Virus record (IMG/VR): IMGVR_UViG_3300034418_009484
Location: 28,393-92,392 of that record
Length of the DNA: 64,000 bases
DNA from: a virus
Reading direction: 5' to 3' (one strand)
Shown: in pieces, positions 1-9,534 of the stretch
Position numbering within the stretch: position 1 is the stretch's first letter
How the letters are laid out: each line of letters begins with the position of its first letter
Notes under the pieces: model-generated
The model's input: the letters and a program-made list of their open reading frames with translations, nothing else
What the model was told of the DNA's origin: nothing
Databases searched by the model: none
Translations under genes and position numbers: made by a program

Positions 1-385
1 ATGTTTTGAATTTGAAAAATCCATTGTTAGGCAGAAATCCGTTATGCTTTTCAGCATACTCTTGTTCATCTTTTCTTTGCTCTTTTTGAGCATCGGATAG
101 ATGATCCCACCTAATTTTTGGATAAACAAAGTTATTATCTTCTGTAGTGCTATAAACAAGTTTAGCTTTACATCCAATATCTTGACAAACGACTTCAAGC
201 CATTTGCTTTTCTTTGCGGCTGTACGAACTACAAATTTTACATCCTTGCAGCCACACATTCCACATTTCGCAACTGAAAAAACTTCTTGAACTCTTGCAA
301 TTTGTTTGAAAAGTTCCGGCTCTGTATCAGCAGATACGTCGAACCATAAATTGTCAGATGCTTTTACTCTAGCAGTAATTGCCAT
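1..385 (-). CDS. Hypothetical Zn-ribbon protein (partial, runs off window start)
   Basis: ATG at 385 just after the stop of 388..1158; reads MAITARVKASDNLWFDV...CGMCGC...CQDIGC, open to position 1; not in the ORF track. Confidence 0.7.
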   Translation of the reverse strand, partial: MAITARVKASDNLWFDVSADTEPELFKQIARVQEVFSVAKCGMCGCKDVKFVVRTAAKKSKWLEVVCQDIGCKAKLVYSTTEDNNFVYPKIRWDHLSDAQKEQRKDEQEYAEKHNGFLPNNGFFKFKT

Positions 386-387
386 AA

Positions 388-1158
388 TTAAACTCCAAAT
401 TCTTCTTCCCAGTTATCGTTGTAACCAACAAATTCTTCGGGAGTTCCCTCTCGTTGAAAGCTGGACAACTTATTAATCATAAGACGACCTTCTAGATTTT
501 TAACCTCTCTGATTGATTCAACCTTATCTGAATTAGGATACGATCTAACAAATTTGATTAGATCAACATCATTTCTTTTGCACATTGTTTTAATTGCAAC
601 AATTTGTTGATCATTAATAGGCTCTTTAAGAGTTTTGTTATCATCGTCATCGCTATTAGCAAGCTCTTCTGCTGTTTGAACACGAATCTTTAATGCTCTT
701 CTTAAAGCTTTTCCTTCTGCTCTGGTACATGCTGTAGAGACTAAGTGTTGATTAAACGGAGATGGAAGTCTTTCTCCTACAACATCAACACATGCGCTAA
801 CAGTAATTAAATCATCTCCCATTTCCCATTTTGCAAGACCTTCTCTGGTATTATCATATTTTCTAATTCTTAAAGTATGTTTAGCAGAAGCTTTTCCAGA
901 AAATGCAAGTTTTGGTATTTCTAAAATTTCTGTATCAGATTCAACTATTTCTCCAAATACTTTTTCTGTCACTCTCCTGAGTCCGTCAGTCGTAGGAGCG
1001 CCACTAATTAATTCATGATTAGCTAATTGATCTAGAACATATTCAACCCATTTTGGATCTGTAGGCTTGGGTACTTTTGGTTCTTCTTTTATTTGAACTT
1101 CATCTTCAACAATTTCCTCAACCATTTCCTCTACCATATTCTTTTTAGACTTGCTCAT
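388..1158 (-). CDS. Putative single-strand annealing protein (Rad52/Sak/Erf-like)
   Basis: STACTRAEGKALRRALKI resembles the annealase AxTxAxxRAL helix; short C-terminal helical domain and acidic tail. Confidence 0.5.
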   Translation of the reverse strand: MSKSKKNMVEEMVEEIVEDEVQIKEEPKVPKPTDPKWVEYVLDQLANHELISGAPTTDGLRRVTEKVFGEIVESDTEILEIPKLAFSGKASAKHTLRIRKYDNTREGLAKWEMGDDLITVSACVDVVGERLPSPFNQHLVSTACTRAEGKALRRALKIRVQTAEELANSDDDDNKTLKEPINDQQIVAIKTMCKRNDVDLIKFVRSYPNSDKVESIREVKNLEGRLMINKLSSFQREGTPEEFVGYNDNWEEEFGV

Positions 1159-1949
1159 ATTTCAAAATACCTCTTTCCTTCTTCTGGGAATTGCTTTTCA
1201 ACTAAATCAATTATCTTTTGTAATTCGTTCAAGATATACCTATGGAATCTTTGAGAACCTCTTTTAACTAATTTTACTCTGACTAAAATCATTCCAGAAG
1301 ATAAAATCAATCCGTTTTTAGCTAAATCAGCAGCTTGTCTTTTTTTTAACTTTTCTTCACCATAAACTGGTTCAAAATGCATAGGTCCATCTACTTCGAT
1401 AGCCATACTTATATTTCTTATGTAAAGATCTATATGGAACTTTTCATTTTTTAATATATGTTCCTTATGCCTATCTACTCTATACCCTTTTGAAATTAGA
1501 TATTCAAACATCTCTTTTTCTAGTTTAGAGCCTGTTCTAGCGGCCTCTTGGATCGCCTGACCGCCTTTCTTTAAAAATTCGGCCTTTTCCTCGTCTGTTT
1601 TTTTATTCCAGCATTTTCTGGCAATTTCAGACCTGTATTCTAGTTCCGATTCATTCATCGAATCCCAAACTGCACCTTGACTTTCACTTATTTTAAATTT
1701 GGTTTCATCTGAATGTTTCTTTCCTTCTGTCGGATGCTTTGTTCTTCCTTCTTTTAATGCTATTTTTTGAGCCTCTGATTTATCTCTAGATTTTATTCCT
1801 AGTTTCTTAGCATCTCTTTTTACTTTGTTTGGATATGTTTCTAGCATTTTTGCTATCTCACTCCAACTTTTTTTATCTTCATGATAATGCTTTTCATAAT
1901 AAGCTTTTCTTATAGAAGAAAGATCAGTAAAAAATTTTTCTTTACTCAT
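1155..1949 (-). CDS. Free-standing homing-type endonuclease (HTH + NUMOD3 + Vsr/DUF559-like domain)
   Basis: SWSEIAKML HTH, GKKHSDETKFKISES NUMOD3 motif, HIDLYI..AIEVDGPMHF catalytic motif. Confidence 0.7.
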   Translation of the reverse strand: MSKEKFFTDLSSIRKAYYEKHYHEDKKSWSEIAKMLETYPNKVKRDAKKLGIKSRDKSEAQKIALKEGRTKHPTEGKKHSDETKFKISESQGAVWDSMNESELEYRSEIARKCWNKKTDEEKAEFLKKGGQAIQEAARTGSKLEKEMFEYLISKGYRVDRHKEHILKNEKFHIDLYIRNISMAIEVDGPMHFEPVYGEEKLKKRQAADLAKNGLILSSGMILVRVKLVKRGSQRFHRYILNELQKIIDLVEKQFPEEGKRYFEI

Positions 1950-2404
1950 TCTATCACCTTTAATAATTCATCTGGATTCCAATTGTATACTGTTCCAATT
2001 GTTGGTTTGAATAATTTTGTTAGGATTTCGCTATATGAAGAACTTTTTGATATAATATTCATTTCTTCATTAAAAAATATATTGCTTATTTGTTCATTGT
2101 TAAAATTTTCTAAATTCATCCATTCTAATTTGTTTAAATATAAATACTTCTTAAAAGCACATAAAGAATTTAAACAGCATTGAGAATTAAACAGTGAAGT
2201 AGCTATCAGGTGTCCTTTAAATGAAAATAAAGATTCCGCTTGAAGAACACTAAAATTAGCATGGCTAATTAATTTGCTATTTGAATTTTGGAACAAGAAT
2301 AGATAACACCTATTTGTTTTTGATAATTCATTTAAGCATTTTACTATATTATAAGAATCAACATTTTCTTCTAATGAGTTTACTATTACTCCTATTTCTT
2401 TCAT
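1946..2404 (-). CDS. Hypothetical protein, possible glycosyltransferase-fold fragment
   Basis: 152-aa ORF coupled to neighbours; Rossmann-like beta/alpha pattern. Confidence 0.4.
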   Translation of the reverse strand: MKEIGVIVNSLEENVDSYNIVKCLNELSKTNRCYLFLFQNSNSKLISHANFSVLQAESLFSFKGHLIATSLFNSQCCLNSLCAFKKYLYLNKLEWMNLENFNNEQISNIFFNEEMNIISKSSSYSEILTKLFKPTIGTVYNWNPDELLKVIE

Positions 2405-3180
2405 AATTTCATTTCCTCTATAATCATTTTAGCATAATCTTTATAAGTCTTAATATTTTTTTCAATTTTAAATTCTTGTGTTTTATTGACCACTTTTTTA
2501 CAGATGGAAAATAATTCTTGTGTATTATTCCACTGGTATTCTTTTTTCTCGTCTTTAATATTAAATGATATAGGTAATATTTCCGAAGATAGACATGTCA
2601 TATCCCATTCATCATTTAATGATATTATTGCTTTTGTAGATTTAAAAACATTGTTGTAATCCGCTTCGCCAATGTTGCCAATATAGTATGGTGAATTAAC
2701 TTTGTGTTTACCAATAATTTTTAAATTGAAGTTATCTCCTATTAGATTTAGAATATTATTTATATCCATACTTGTTTTTAACGTATTTGAAATAAATATA
2801 AAATCTGAATCAAATTTATTATCAAACTTTCCTTCATCTGTAATCATTACATCATTATGCAAGAAGGGCATAAAGTTTTCTTCTTTTTCATTAAATGCAT
2901 TTATTATGTAGTCAAATAAATGGTCAAATTTTGGATCAGTTGGCTTGTCTTTTATTAGGCATATCTTTATATTTGGATTTTCTGCTTTTACATAGTCTAT
3001 GTATATGTAATCTAAGCTAGAACTATCAACGAATATTAAATCTGGCTTAGATATTTCTATAAAGTCAAATATATTTTGTTTTCTTAAATTTACAAAAAAT
3101 GCTTCATTTATTAACTTTTCTATTGCTTGTGCAAATCCAATTATTTTTGGATTATCTGTAGCAGTAAAATATATTCTCAT
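2401..3180 (-). CDS. Divergent glycosyltransferase-like protein (GT-B/CgeB-like)
   Basis: KPDLIFVD, DFIFIS, NVFKSTKAIIS pattern of GT-B proteins. Confidence 0.45.
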   Translation of the reverse strand: MRIYFTATDNPKIIGFAQAIEKLINEAFFVNLRKQNIFDFIEISKPDLIFVDSSSLDYIYIDYVKAENPNIKICLIKDKPTDPKFDHLFDYIINAFNEKEENFMPFLHNDVMITDEGKFDNKFDSDFIFISNTLKTSMDINNILNLIGDNFNLKIIGKHKVNSPYYIGNIGEADYNNVFKSTKAIISLNDEWDMTCLSSEILPISFNIKDEKKEYQWNNTQELFSICKKVVNKTQEFKIEKNIKTYKDYAKMIIEEMKL

Positions 3181-3890
3181 ATTATTCCTTTTACTAATTC
3201 TATGTCTTTATAACTGTCAATATCAATTACCTTGGCGTTTTTATCATTAAAAACATTGATTGATCCACCGTAATTAATGATACTGTTTATAACTTCAAAA
3301 CCAAATAGGTTATAGTTATCTGGATTCCAACATATTTTTTTTAATAGTTTTAATTCGTATCCCTTAAAAAATGATATTTGCCCCCATTTAATTTCTAGGT
3401 CATACATCATATTTTCTACTGTAAGTCTGTTATTTATGGTACATCCCACTTCATTTTTTTTCATGATATTTTTTGACGCAACAATTCCAGAATGATTAAA
3501 TTTAATACATTCCAAACATTCGTTATTAAATATCAAGTCTCCATATATCACCAATACATTATTTTTTGAGGCTCTTAATCCTATTCCTATAGACCTTGCT
3601 ACGTTAGTAGAGTCATACGATTCATTTTCAATTTTAACAATACTATCTGGAGAATAATCCATTAATTCATCAGACTTAAATCCTGTTATTAATATTATGT
3701 TTGCTTCTGGAAAAAACTTTTTTATTTTTTCTAATTGTAAATCTAATATTGTTTTTTCTTTATAGACTTTTATTAAAGATTTTGCCCCATAGGATTTCAT
3801 CCTTTTGCCTAATCCGGCAGCGGGGATTATTATGTCTAATTCTGAAAAATTTAGATCTTGTTTTATATTTCTAGAGTATCGTCTTGACAT
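3177..3890 (-). CDS. Sugar/choline-phosphate nucleotidyltransferase (LicC/NTP_transf_3-like)
   Basis: IIIPAAGLGKRMKSYGAKSLI, YGDLIF, IDIDSYKD. Confidence 0.85.
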   Translation of the reverse strand: MSRRYSRNIKQDLNFSELDIIIPAAGLGKRMKSYGAKSLIKVYKEKTILDLQLEKIKKFFPEANIILITGFKSDELMDYSPDSIVKIENESYDSTNVARSIGIGLRASKNNVLVIYGDLIFNNECLECIKFNHSGIVASKNIMKKNEVGCTINNRLTVENMMYDLEIKWGQISFFKGYELKLLKKICWNPDNYNLFGFEVINSIINYGGSINVFNDKNAKVIDIDSYKDIELVKGII

Positions 3891-4251
3891 ATCTAAACAC
3901 AGGTTCTGATAAATGATCTATTAATTTACTACTTAAACTTGTTTGAATTTGTTTTATTATGTTAGGATTAAAAGGATTTACATTATTTGATTTTTTTAAA
4001 AAGTATGGGAATGAATCAATATATTGATTTTCTAACCTTTGAGTATAATATTCGTTAAATTCATTTTGCAATAAAACGTCTGTTGTTAGCATAACCTTAT
4101 TGTCATCATCCATAATTTTATTAACTATATCATAGTAAGAATTTTTGATAAAAACTCCATCCTTAATTATACATACTAATGTGTCATTTGGAATTTCTTC
4201 CCACTTAGAATTATTGTCTTGATCTAAATTGATTACTTTAAACTTGGACAT
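3871..4251 (-). CDS. Hypothetical protein
   Basis: 126-aa ORF overlapping both neighbours in the operon. Confidence 0.5.
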   Translation of the reverse strand: MSKFKVINLDQDNNSKWEEIPNDTLVCIIKDGVFIKNSYYDIVNKIMDDDNKVMLTTDVLLQNEFNEYYTQRLENQYIDSFPYFLKKSNNVNPFNPNIIKQIQTSLSSKLIDHLSEPVFRYVKTIL

Positions 4252-5063
4252 ATATCAGTCGCCTCAAAAATAAATTTACTAGCATCGGGTTCGTACTTTA
4301 ATATTTTATCTTCTAAATTAATTTTAAATGCATTCCCTCCATGCTTTTCATGAGCAACCTTACTAACAATCATTCCGTTTAAATTATCTACAGGATTTGC
4401 AAAACAAAGCTGTTTCATTTTAATTAAAATAGCATCATTCAAATCTTTACTAAAACTATCAGGAACACTAAAATTAGTATTGAATACAACATAAAATGGA
4501 TATGGATGTTTTTTACTTCCATCAAAAGTCACATCTACTAAATCCCTATCTGATAATTCATTATCGTATACGTTTTTCAAAGAATATTGATGAAAAGAAT
4601 ATGACTTTAATAACTCTAGTATCTGACTAGGTTTTATAGATTTTTCCCCATTTGATTCTATGTATGAGTTATACTGCTTGTTTATTACAGTGATTAATGA
4701 AGGTTTTATTTCTTGTGTATTTAATTGATTTAAGATTGATTTCAAATCTTGATATGTTGAATTTTTTTCTAAAAATAACATGACTTGATATGATACTTTT
4801 GTTTGCATCTCTACTATTTTTTTCCAATTTTTATTGGAATATTTTTTCATTAGTTCTTCGTGTCTATAAAATAGACATAGCCTACCATTGATTACTTTAT
4901 ACATATTTCCATCTGAATGGTTAAGCTCTAACACTTCTACGTCTGCATTTTCATAATCTTCTAATTTTTTTAAATCACATCCTATTTGTTTGTTTTCTTT
5001 TATTATAGAAAAAACACAATTTCTACAAGATGTGTGTACTTGATTTAATTCTACAGGTTCCAT
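4233..5063 (-). CDS. Hypothetical protein with N-terminal Cys cluster
   Basis: CRNC..GC..LC at the N-terminus; possible degenerate GT-A domain after it. Confidence 0.5.
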   Translation of the reverse strand: MEPVELNQVHTSCRNCVFSIIKENKQIGCDLKKLEDYENADVEVLELNHSDGNMYKVINGRLCLFYRHEELMKKYSNKNWKKIVEMQTKVSYQVMLFLEKNSTYQDLKSILNQLNTQEIKPSLITVINKQYNSYIESNGEKSIKPSQILELLKSYSFHQYSLKNVYDNELSDRDLVDVTFDGSKKHPYPFYVVFNTNFSVPDSFSKDLNDAILIKMKQLCFANPVDNLNGMIVSKVAHEKHGGNAFKINLEDKILKYEPDASKFIFEATDICPSLK

Positions 5064-5449
5064 TAGACTTTCCTTGTTGCTTCAATATTAAAAACTGAAT
5101 TGTTAACATTCATAAATTCTATCTTCCATCCTTTTTCTTCAAAAAAATTCTTTAGTTCTGCAACCGTATAGAAAGATTTTGTTTTTGAAAGATATTCATT
5201 TGAATAAGGATAATTTTCATGTAAAATTTTTACACAAACATCTAAAATATCAATTCCAGAAATCCTTATTTTGCCATTAATTCTTAATTTACTACAGACA
5301 ATATTCAAAAAATCTTTCTCTTCAAAACCTAATACATTATCTACATATATTTGAGTAAAAAATGAATCTGGAATATTCATTAATTCACTTGTAGTTATAT
5401 CATTATGATTTTCTTTGTTAGTGGTTATTCTTATATTATTTTCAATCAT
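5063..5449 (-). CDS. Truncated class I methyltransferase-like protein
   Basis: CSKLRINGKIRISG resembles the xxLKPGG motif; no SAM-binding motif I. Confidence 0.35.
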   Translation of the reverse strand: MIENNIRITTNKENHNDITTSELMNIPDSFFTQIYVDNVLGFEEKDFLNIVCSKLRINGKIRISGIDILDVCVKILHENYPYSNEYLSKTKSFYTVAELKNFFEEKGWKIEFMNVNNSVFNIEATRKV

Positions 5450-6408
5450 TAGTATCCTCTTATGTAATTTGTTTCAGAAGCATATCTAAAAATATTTTCC
5501 CATGATGTTTTAAATTTTTCTTGTCCGCAACAATAATTATCTACAAAATTTTCTGCGTTTTTTATTACATTCTTTTCAACTGCAAGATGATAAATAGCAT
5601 CACATGTCTGATGTGCTACTATTACTTTGGGCAGATCATTAGGCAGTCCTATTATAATCGCATTTTTTAAAAGATATTCTAAATCAAAACATTCTTCTTT
5701 TGTAAGATTAGGAATTATTACTGGTATTGATGATCTCATGCAGGTTAGTAGCAGATGGTCAATATTATTAAATAAATGCAGATAAACTTTTGCTTTGTTA
5801 ATATCTTTTGTAATAAATTCTTTATTTAATCCTATTCTTGATAAATAAATATCTGGTATTTTAGGATCTACAAAAATAGAAGAAGGATTTTTGACATCTA
5901 TTTTTTCTGGAATTAAATTAGGAATAATCATATTGATTGACTCTTGCCCATACATCCAAGAGTTCATAATTAATTCATTTGTATGAACATTAACTAATCC
6001 GTGTTTCTTTATAGATTCTTGTTTAGAAAATTCATTAGGTGTTCCAAATAATTTGCGACCTACTGATATGGAACTACAATCATCAATAGATATTAAGTTA
6101 ATATTTAATTGATTAGAAATTTTTCTTCCTATATCGTAAGACTCATTTCTTCTAAAGGTTAAAACTAAGTCTATAAATTTACATTTAAGATTATTAAGAT
6201 CTGTAATAAAATTCAAATTATATGGTTTTATTTGAGGATTAAACCATTGTGGACCTCCTTCTAAGCTTTTAAATAAATAAAAATTGTGATTTGAGTTATT
6301 ACATAGATTTTTAATATAATCATCTTCATATTGATTTATTATTAGTATATTTAATTTTCTTTCAATATTGTCAGCAATTGCATTTTCTATAATTTTTTCT
6401 ATATACAT
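5449..6408 (-). CDS. Divergent glycosyltransferase (GT-B-like)
   Basis: AKVYLH..LLTCMRSSIPVI resembles the GT4 EAMxxGxPVI region. Confidence 0.5.
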   Translation of the reverse strand: MYIEKIIENAIADNIERKLNILIINQYEDDYIKNLCNNSNHNFYLFKSLEGGPQWFNPQIKPYNLNFITDLNNLKCKFIDLVLTFRRNESYDIGRKISNQLNINLISIDDCSSISVGRKLFGTPNEFSKQESIKKHGLVNVHTNELIMNSWMYGQESINMIIPNLIPEKIDVKNPSSIFVDPKIPDIYLSRIGLNKEFITKDINKAKVYLHLFNNIDHLLLTCMRSSIPVIIPNLTKEECFDLEYLLKNAIIIGLPNDLPKVIVAHQTCDAIYHLAVEKNVIKNAENFVDNYCCGQEKFKTSWENIFRYASETNYIRGY

Positions 6409-7457
6409 ATTAGTTGTTTAGCCTTATCAATAAATGACTTATGAATTTCCTGTGAATAATCAGACACTAATGATTTATTTTCTTTTATTCTATATCCATC
6501 AAATGCCATTTTCATTTTATTGCTTAAATCAGCAGATGAAGGTATCGTGTAATAGTTTTTATGTTTATAAAAATTGCTTTTAGTGCTACCCACAGAAATT
6601 TCATAATGTGATTTAATCTGGTAGTCATAGTTATTCAATAGTTTTACATTATCTAAGCATAAGCAAATTTTATTTTGATAAATAGATTTCAAAAAATTTA
6701 TATCTGGCTTTGCATTAAAATTAACATGTATGTAAAAGTCTGAAAATTTATGGGACCAGTCTATTTCATCTTCGGAATTGGCAATTGCTACCGTTGGATA
6801 AAGTTCTTTAGATGAATATAAATTCATTTTTTCTTTAAATTCATTTATAAAATTTAGCAGATTTTTATCTGATGAATATAGAATTAAGGCAACATCATCT
6901 AATGATGTAAATGTAGAGTAGTAGGCTGATAGTATTTGATTTATTCCGCTCTTAGAATTTGTTGAAACTTCTGCATAGAATGTTTTTTTATTTCCTAAAC
7001 TAATGTCTATTTTTTTATCTTTAATAGACGAAAGATTAACTGGATATGTATCAAAATTAAATATCTCTGTTTTTACTCCAGACTTTTTTAAAATTTCCTT
7101 TTCATGTTCTGAAAATACTACGATAGTATCGAATAGATTTAAATTTGAAACCCATCCTACATAGCTAATATCATGTTCAATAGAAGTCACCACTATATTT
7201 TTTTTGAATTTTCCATGATAGACTAAATTGTTTGGTATTCCATGCTGTATTAATATTTCAGGTTTTGAAACTTTTCTTTTTTCAAATTCAAATATTTCTC
7301 CATTGATTACAGAGTCAATAGATTGATTATACCATATATTTCTAGATGAAAGATTATTTTTATCTTCAATACAAAAAGCCAAGTTGTCTAATAAAGCCTT
7401 GCTTATTTTACCCCACGAATCAGTTTGTCTATAGGGTCCAATATATAAAATGCTCAT
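6399..7457 (-). CDS. Glycosyltransferase family 4-like protein
   Basis: ILYIGPY..SWG, FDTIVVFSEH, KSGINQILSAY typical of GT4. Confidence 0.6.
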   Translation of the reverse strand: MSILYIGPYRQTDSWGKISKALLDNLAFCIEDKNNLSSRNIWYNQSIDSVINGEIFEFEKRKVSKPEILIQHGIPNNLVYHGKFKKNIVVTSIEHDISYVGWVSNLNLFDTIVVFSEHEKEILKKSGVKTEIFNFDTYPVNLSSIKDKKIDISLGNKKTFYAEVSTNSKSGINQILSAYYSTFTSLDDVALILYSSDKNLLNFINEFKEKMNLYSSKELYPTVAIANSEDEIDWSHKFSDFYIHVNFNAKPDINFLKSIYQNKICLCLDNVKLLNNYDYQIKSHYEISVGSTKSNFYKHKNYYTIPSSADLSNKMKMAFDGYRIKENKSLVSDYSQEIHKSFIDKAKQLICI

Positions 7458-9067
7458 TTAACATCTCCAGAATTATTTGTCAATTTAAGTCTTAGCTGAT
7501 CTATATTAAATCTTTTTATAGCTTGATTTCTAAATTCTTTAAATACAGATTCTTGTGTAATTCTATCTAGAGTCTTATCAAAAATCCTTACTTCTAAATT
7601 TAATGATTTTATATATTGCATCATTTTATAATTGTAAAGATGATATTGGTCTTGCAATAACTCTGAAAATATCCATTCCATAAACTGAACATTATTTAAG
7701 TTTTTAGGATAATCACTTGGTATTTCTTTTATTAACTGTTTAAAATTCCAAGGTAGTTTTTTATTGTTTGTTAAATCAAACCATTTTTCCCATACCTTAG
7801 CTGTTTTATCCCAATCGTATTTTTCTACACATAATGATCTAGTTCTAAGTCTTTTTTGTTTTATTTTATCAGGACTTATTTTAACAAAGTCTTTCATTAT
7901 TTTTAATAGTCTTTCATTATTTGGTCCTGATCTATCAGCATTAGTTTCAATTTCCCTATAAAGATTTGGCGATATAGGAAATCCATCAGTACTTAATACT
8001 ATATCTTCCATAGCAGAATAATCTATAGAGGCTATAGGAACGCCACATGCAGCAGCTTCCACTTGAGGCATACCAAAACCTTCACAAATTGCATATTGAA
8101 TATATAGGTCCATTAGATTGTAAATATTAATTAAATCTTTATGTTCAATTCCATCAGAAACGCCTGGGAATACACAAGATTTATTTCCACATCTTTTACA
8201 AACTGTTATCGCGTCTTTATATATCGAACTAAAATAATGATTACATAACCTGCATTTATATGTACATAAAATTTTTGATCCTAATCCAAATTCTGTAATT
8301 AAATCTGAAAACTCCCATCCCATTTTTTCTGGATAGCTGGTATGTATATACAAGTATGATTTGTTAGAAATCTCTACGGGACTTGTTTTTAAAAACTCAT
8401 TAAATGTTTTCATTAGTTCAGGAAACATCTTACGTTTTTGGTTTCTCATTACTGTCCCAAAAATAATACTATCTTCTGGAAGACCAAAAGATTTTTTATG
8501 TTTTCCTTTATTAGGAATAATATCAAGTTCATTTTTATTAACTCCTGGGTAAGCACAATCTACAGGGATTATTCTTCCATTCGTTTGATTTTTAATAGTT
8601 TTTATTCCATATTCTGAATAGGCTAAAAGAGTATCGCATCTATTAAAAAGATTATAAATCCAATCGGTCTTTTGTGGTGCGCTATCTATTGTGGGCATCC
8701 ATACCCAATTAAAAAATGGTAGAAGTGCGCTATCTGATATATATGCATCCATCCAGGGGTCACGATATGTGGCAACTATATCTGGTTGAAATTGAACGCA
8801 AATTTCATCAAACTTTAAAACACCCCATTGAACCAATGGTTGTTTGTGATGCTCCGCATATTCTTTTTCATTATTCTCTGGTGCTACACCAACAACTTTC
8901 CATTTACAATCTTTAAATTCTGAAGTTCTTGCATAACATGCTAATTCTAATATTTCATATTTATTAGTTGCATGAAGTCTACTTATAACCTCTTTTGAAT
9001 ATGTCCCAAATCCAGAAGCTAGTTTGTGTGACTCTGTTAGAAAGAGTATTCTTTTTTTTCTATTCAT
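7454..9067 (-). CDS. Glycosyltransferase family 4 with inserted Zn ribbon
   Basis: SGFG, RNQKRK, EGFGMPQVEAAACGVP; insert CRLC-x14-CKRC. Confidence 0.85.
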   Translation of the reverse strand: MNRKKRILFLTESHKLASGFGTYSKEVISRLHATNKYEILELACYARTSEFKDCKWKVVGVAPENNEKEYAEHHKQPLVQWGVLKFDEICVQFQPDIVATYRDPWMDAYISDSALLPFFNWVWMPTIDSAPQKTDWIYNLFNRCDTLLAYSEYGIKTIKNQTNGRIIPVDCAYPGVNKNELDIIPNKGKHKKSFGLPEDSIIFGTVMRNQKRKMFPELMKTFNEFLKTSPVEISNKSYLYIHTSYPEKMGWEFSDLITEFGLGSKILCTYKCRLCNHYFSSIYKDAITVCKRCGNKSCVFPGVSDGIEHKDLINIYNLMDLYIQYAICEGFGMPQVEAAACGVPIASIDYSAMEDIVLSTDGFPISPNLYREIETNADRSGPNNERLLKIMKDFVKISPDKIKQKRLRTRSLCVEKYDWDKTAKVWEKWFDLTNNKKLPWNFKQLIKEIPSDYPKNLNNVQFMEWIFSELLQDQYHLYNYKMMQYIKSLNLEVRIFDKTLDRITQESVFKEFRNQAIKRFNIDQLRLKLTNNSGDVK

Positions 9068-9521
9068 TACAGTTTGCTTTTCTCAATTTTTTTACTAAGT
9101 TGTAAAATTTATTTTTTACAGAAGAAGAAGACTGATCTAAGATATTACAAATTTCTCTAAATTTATATCCTTCTACCCTTAAACTTAATATCAGTTTTTC
9201 ATCTCTTGTCATTTCATTAGTATAACATTCCCATAATTCATTATCAAGATTTCTTGAATAAAATTTATCAGAAACGTCTTGCAAAGATATATTTTTATGT
9301 TTATTATAATTCTTTATTTCTCTTATTATAGACCACCTGATTGGTCGCCAAGCATATGTAGATATGACATTTCCAGATTTTACATCATATTTTTTTAAAG
9401 CTTTCCATAAACCTATTCTTCCAGCATCCATATAATCTTGACGTTCTGTATAATTTTTAGGTTCAAAAGAATTTACAATCTTAGCTACCAAACCCATGTT
9501 TTCTTCTATTAATTCATCCAT
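9060..9521 (-). CDS. Short sigma-70 family sigma factor (regions 2 and 4)
   Basis: NMGLVAKIV, DYMDAGRIGLWKALKKYD, STYAW; EGYKFREIC HTH. Confidence 0.85.
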   Translation of the reverse strand: MDELIEENMGLVAKIVNSFEPKNYTERQDYMDAGRIGLWKALKKYDVKSGNVISTYAWRPIRWSIIREIKNYNKHKNISLQDVSDKFYSRNLDNELWECYTNEMTRDEKLILSLRVEGYKFREICNILDQSSSSVKNKFYNLVKKLRKANCNE

Positions 9522-9534
9522 TCATTTATCCTTA

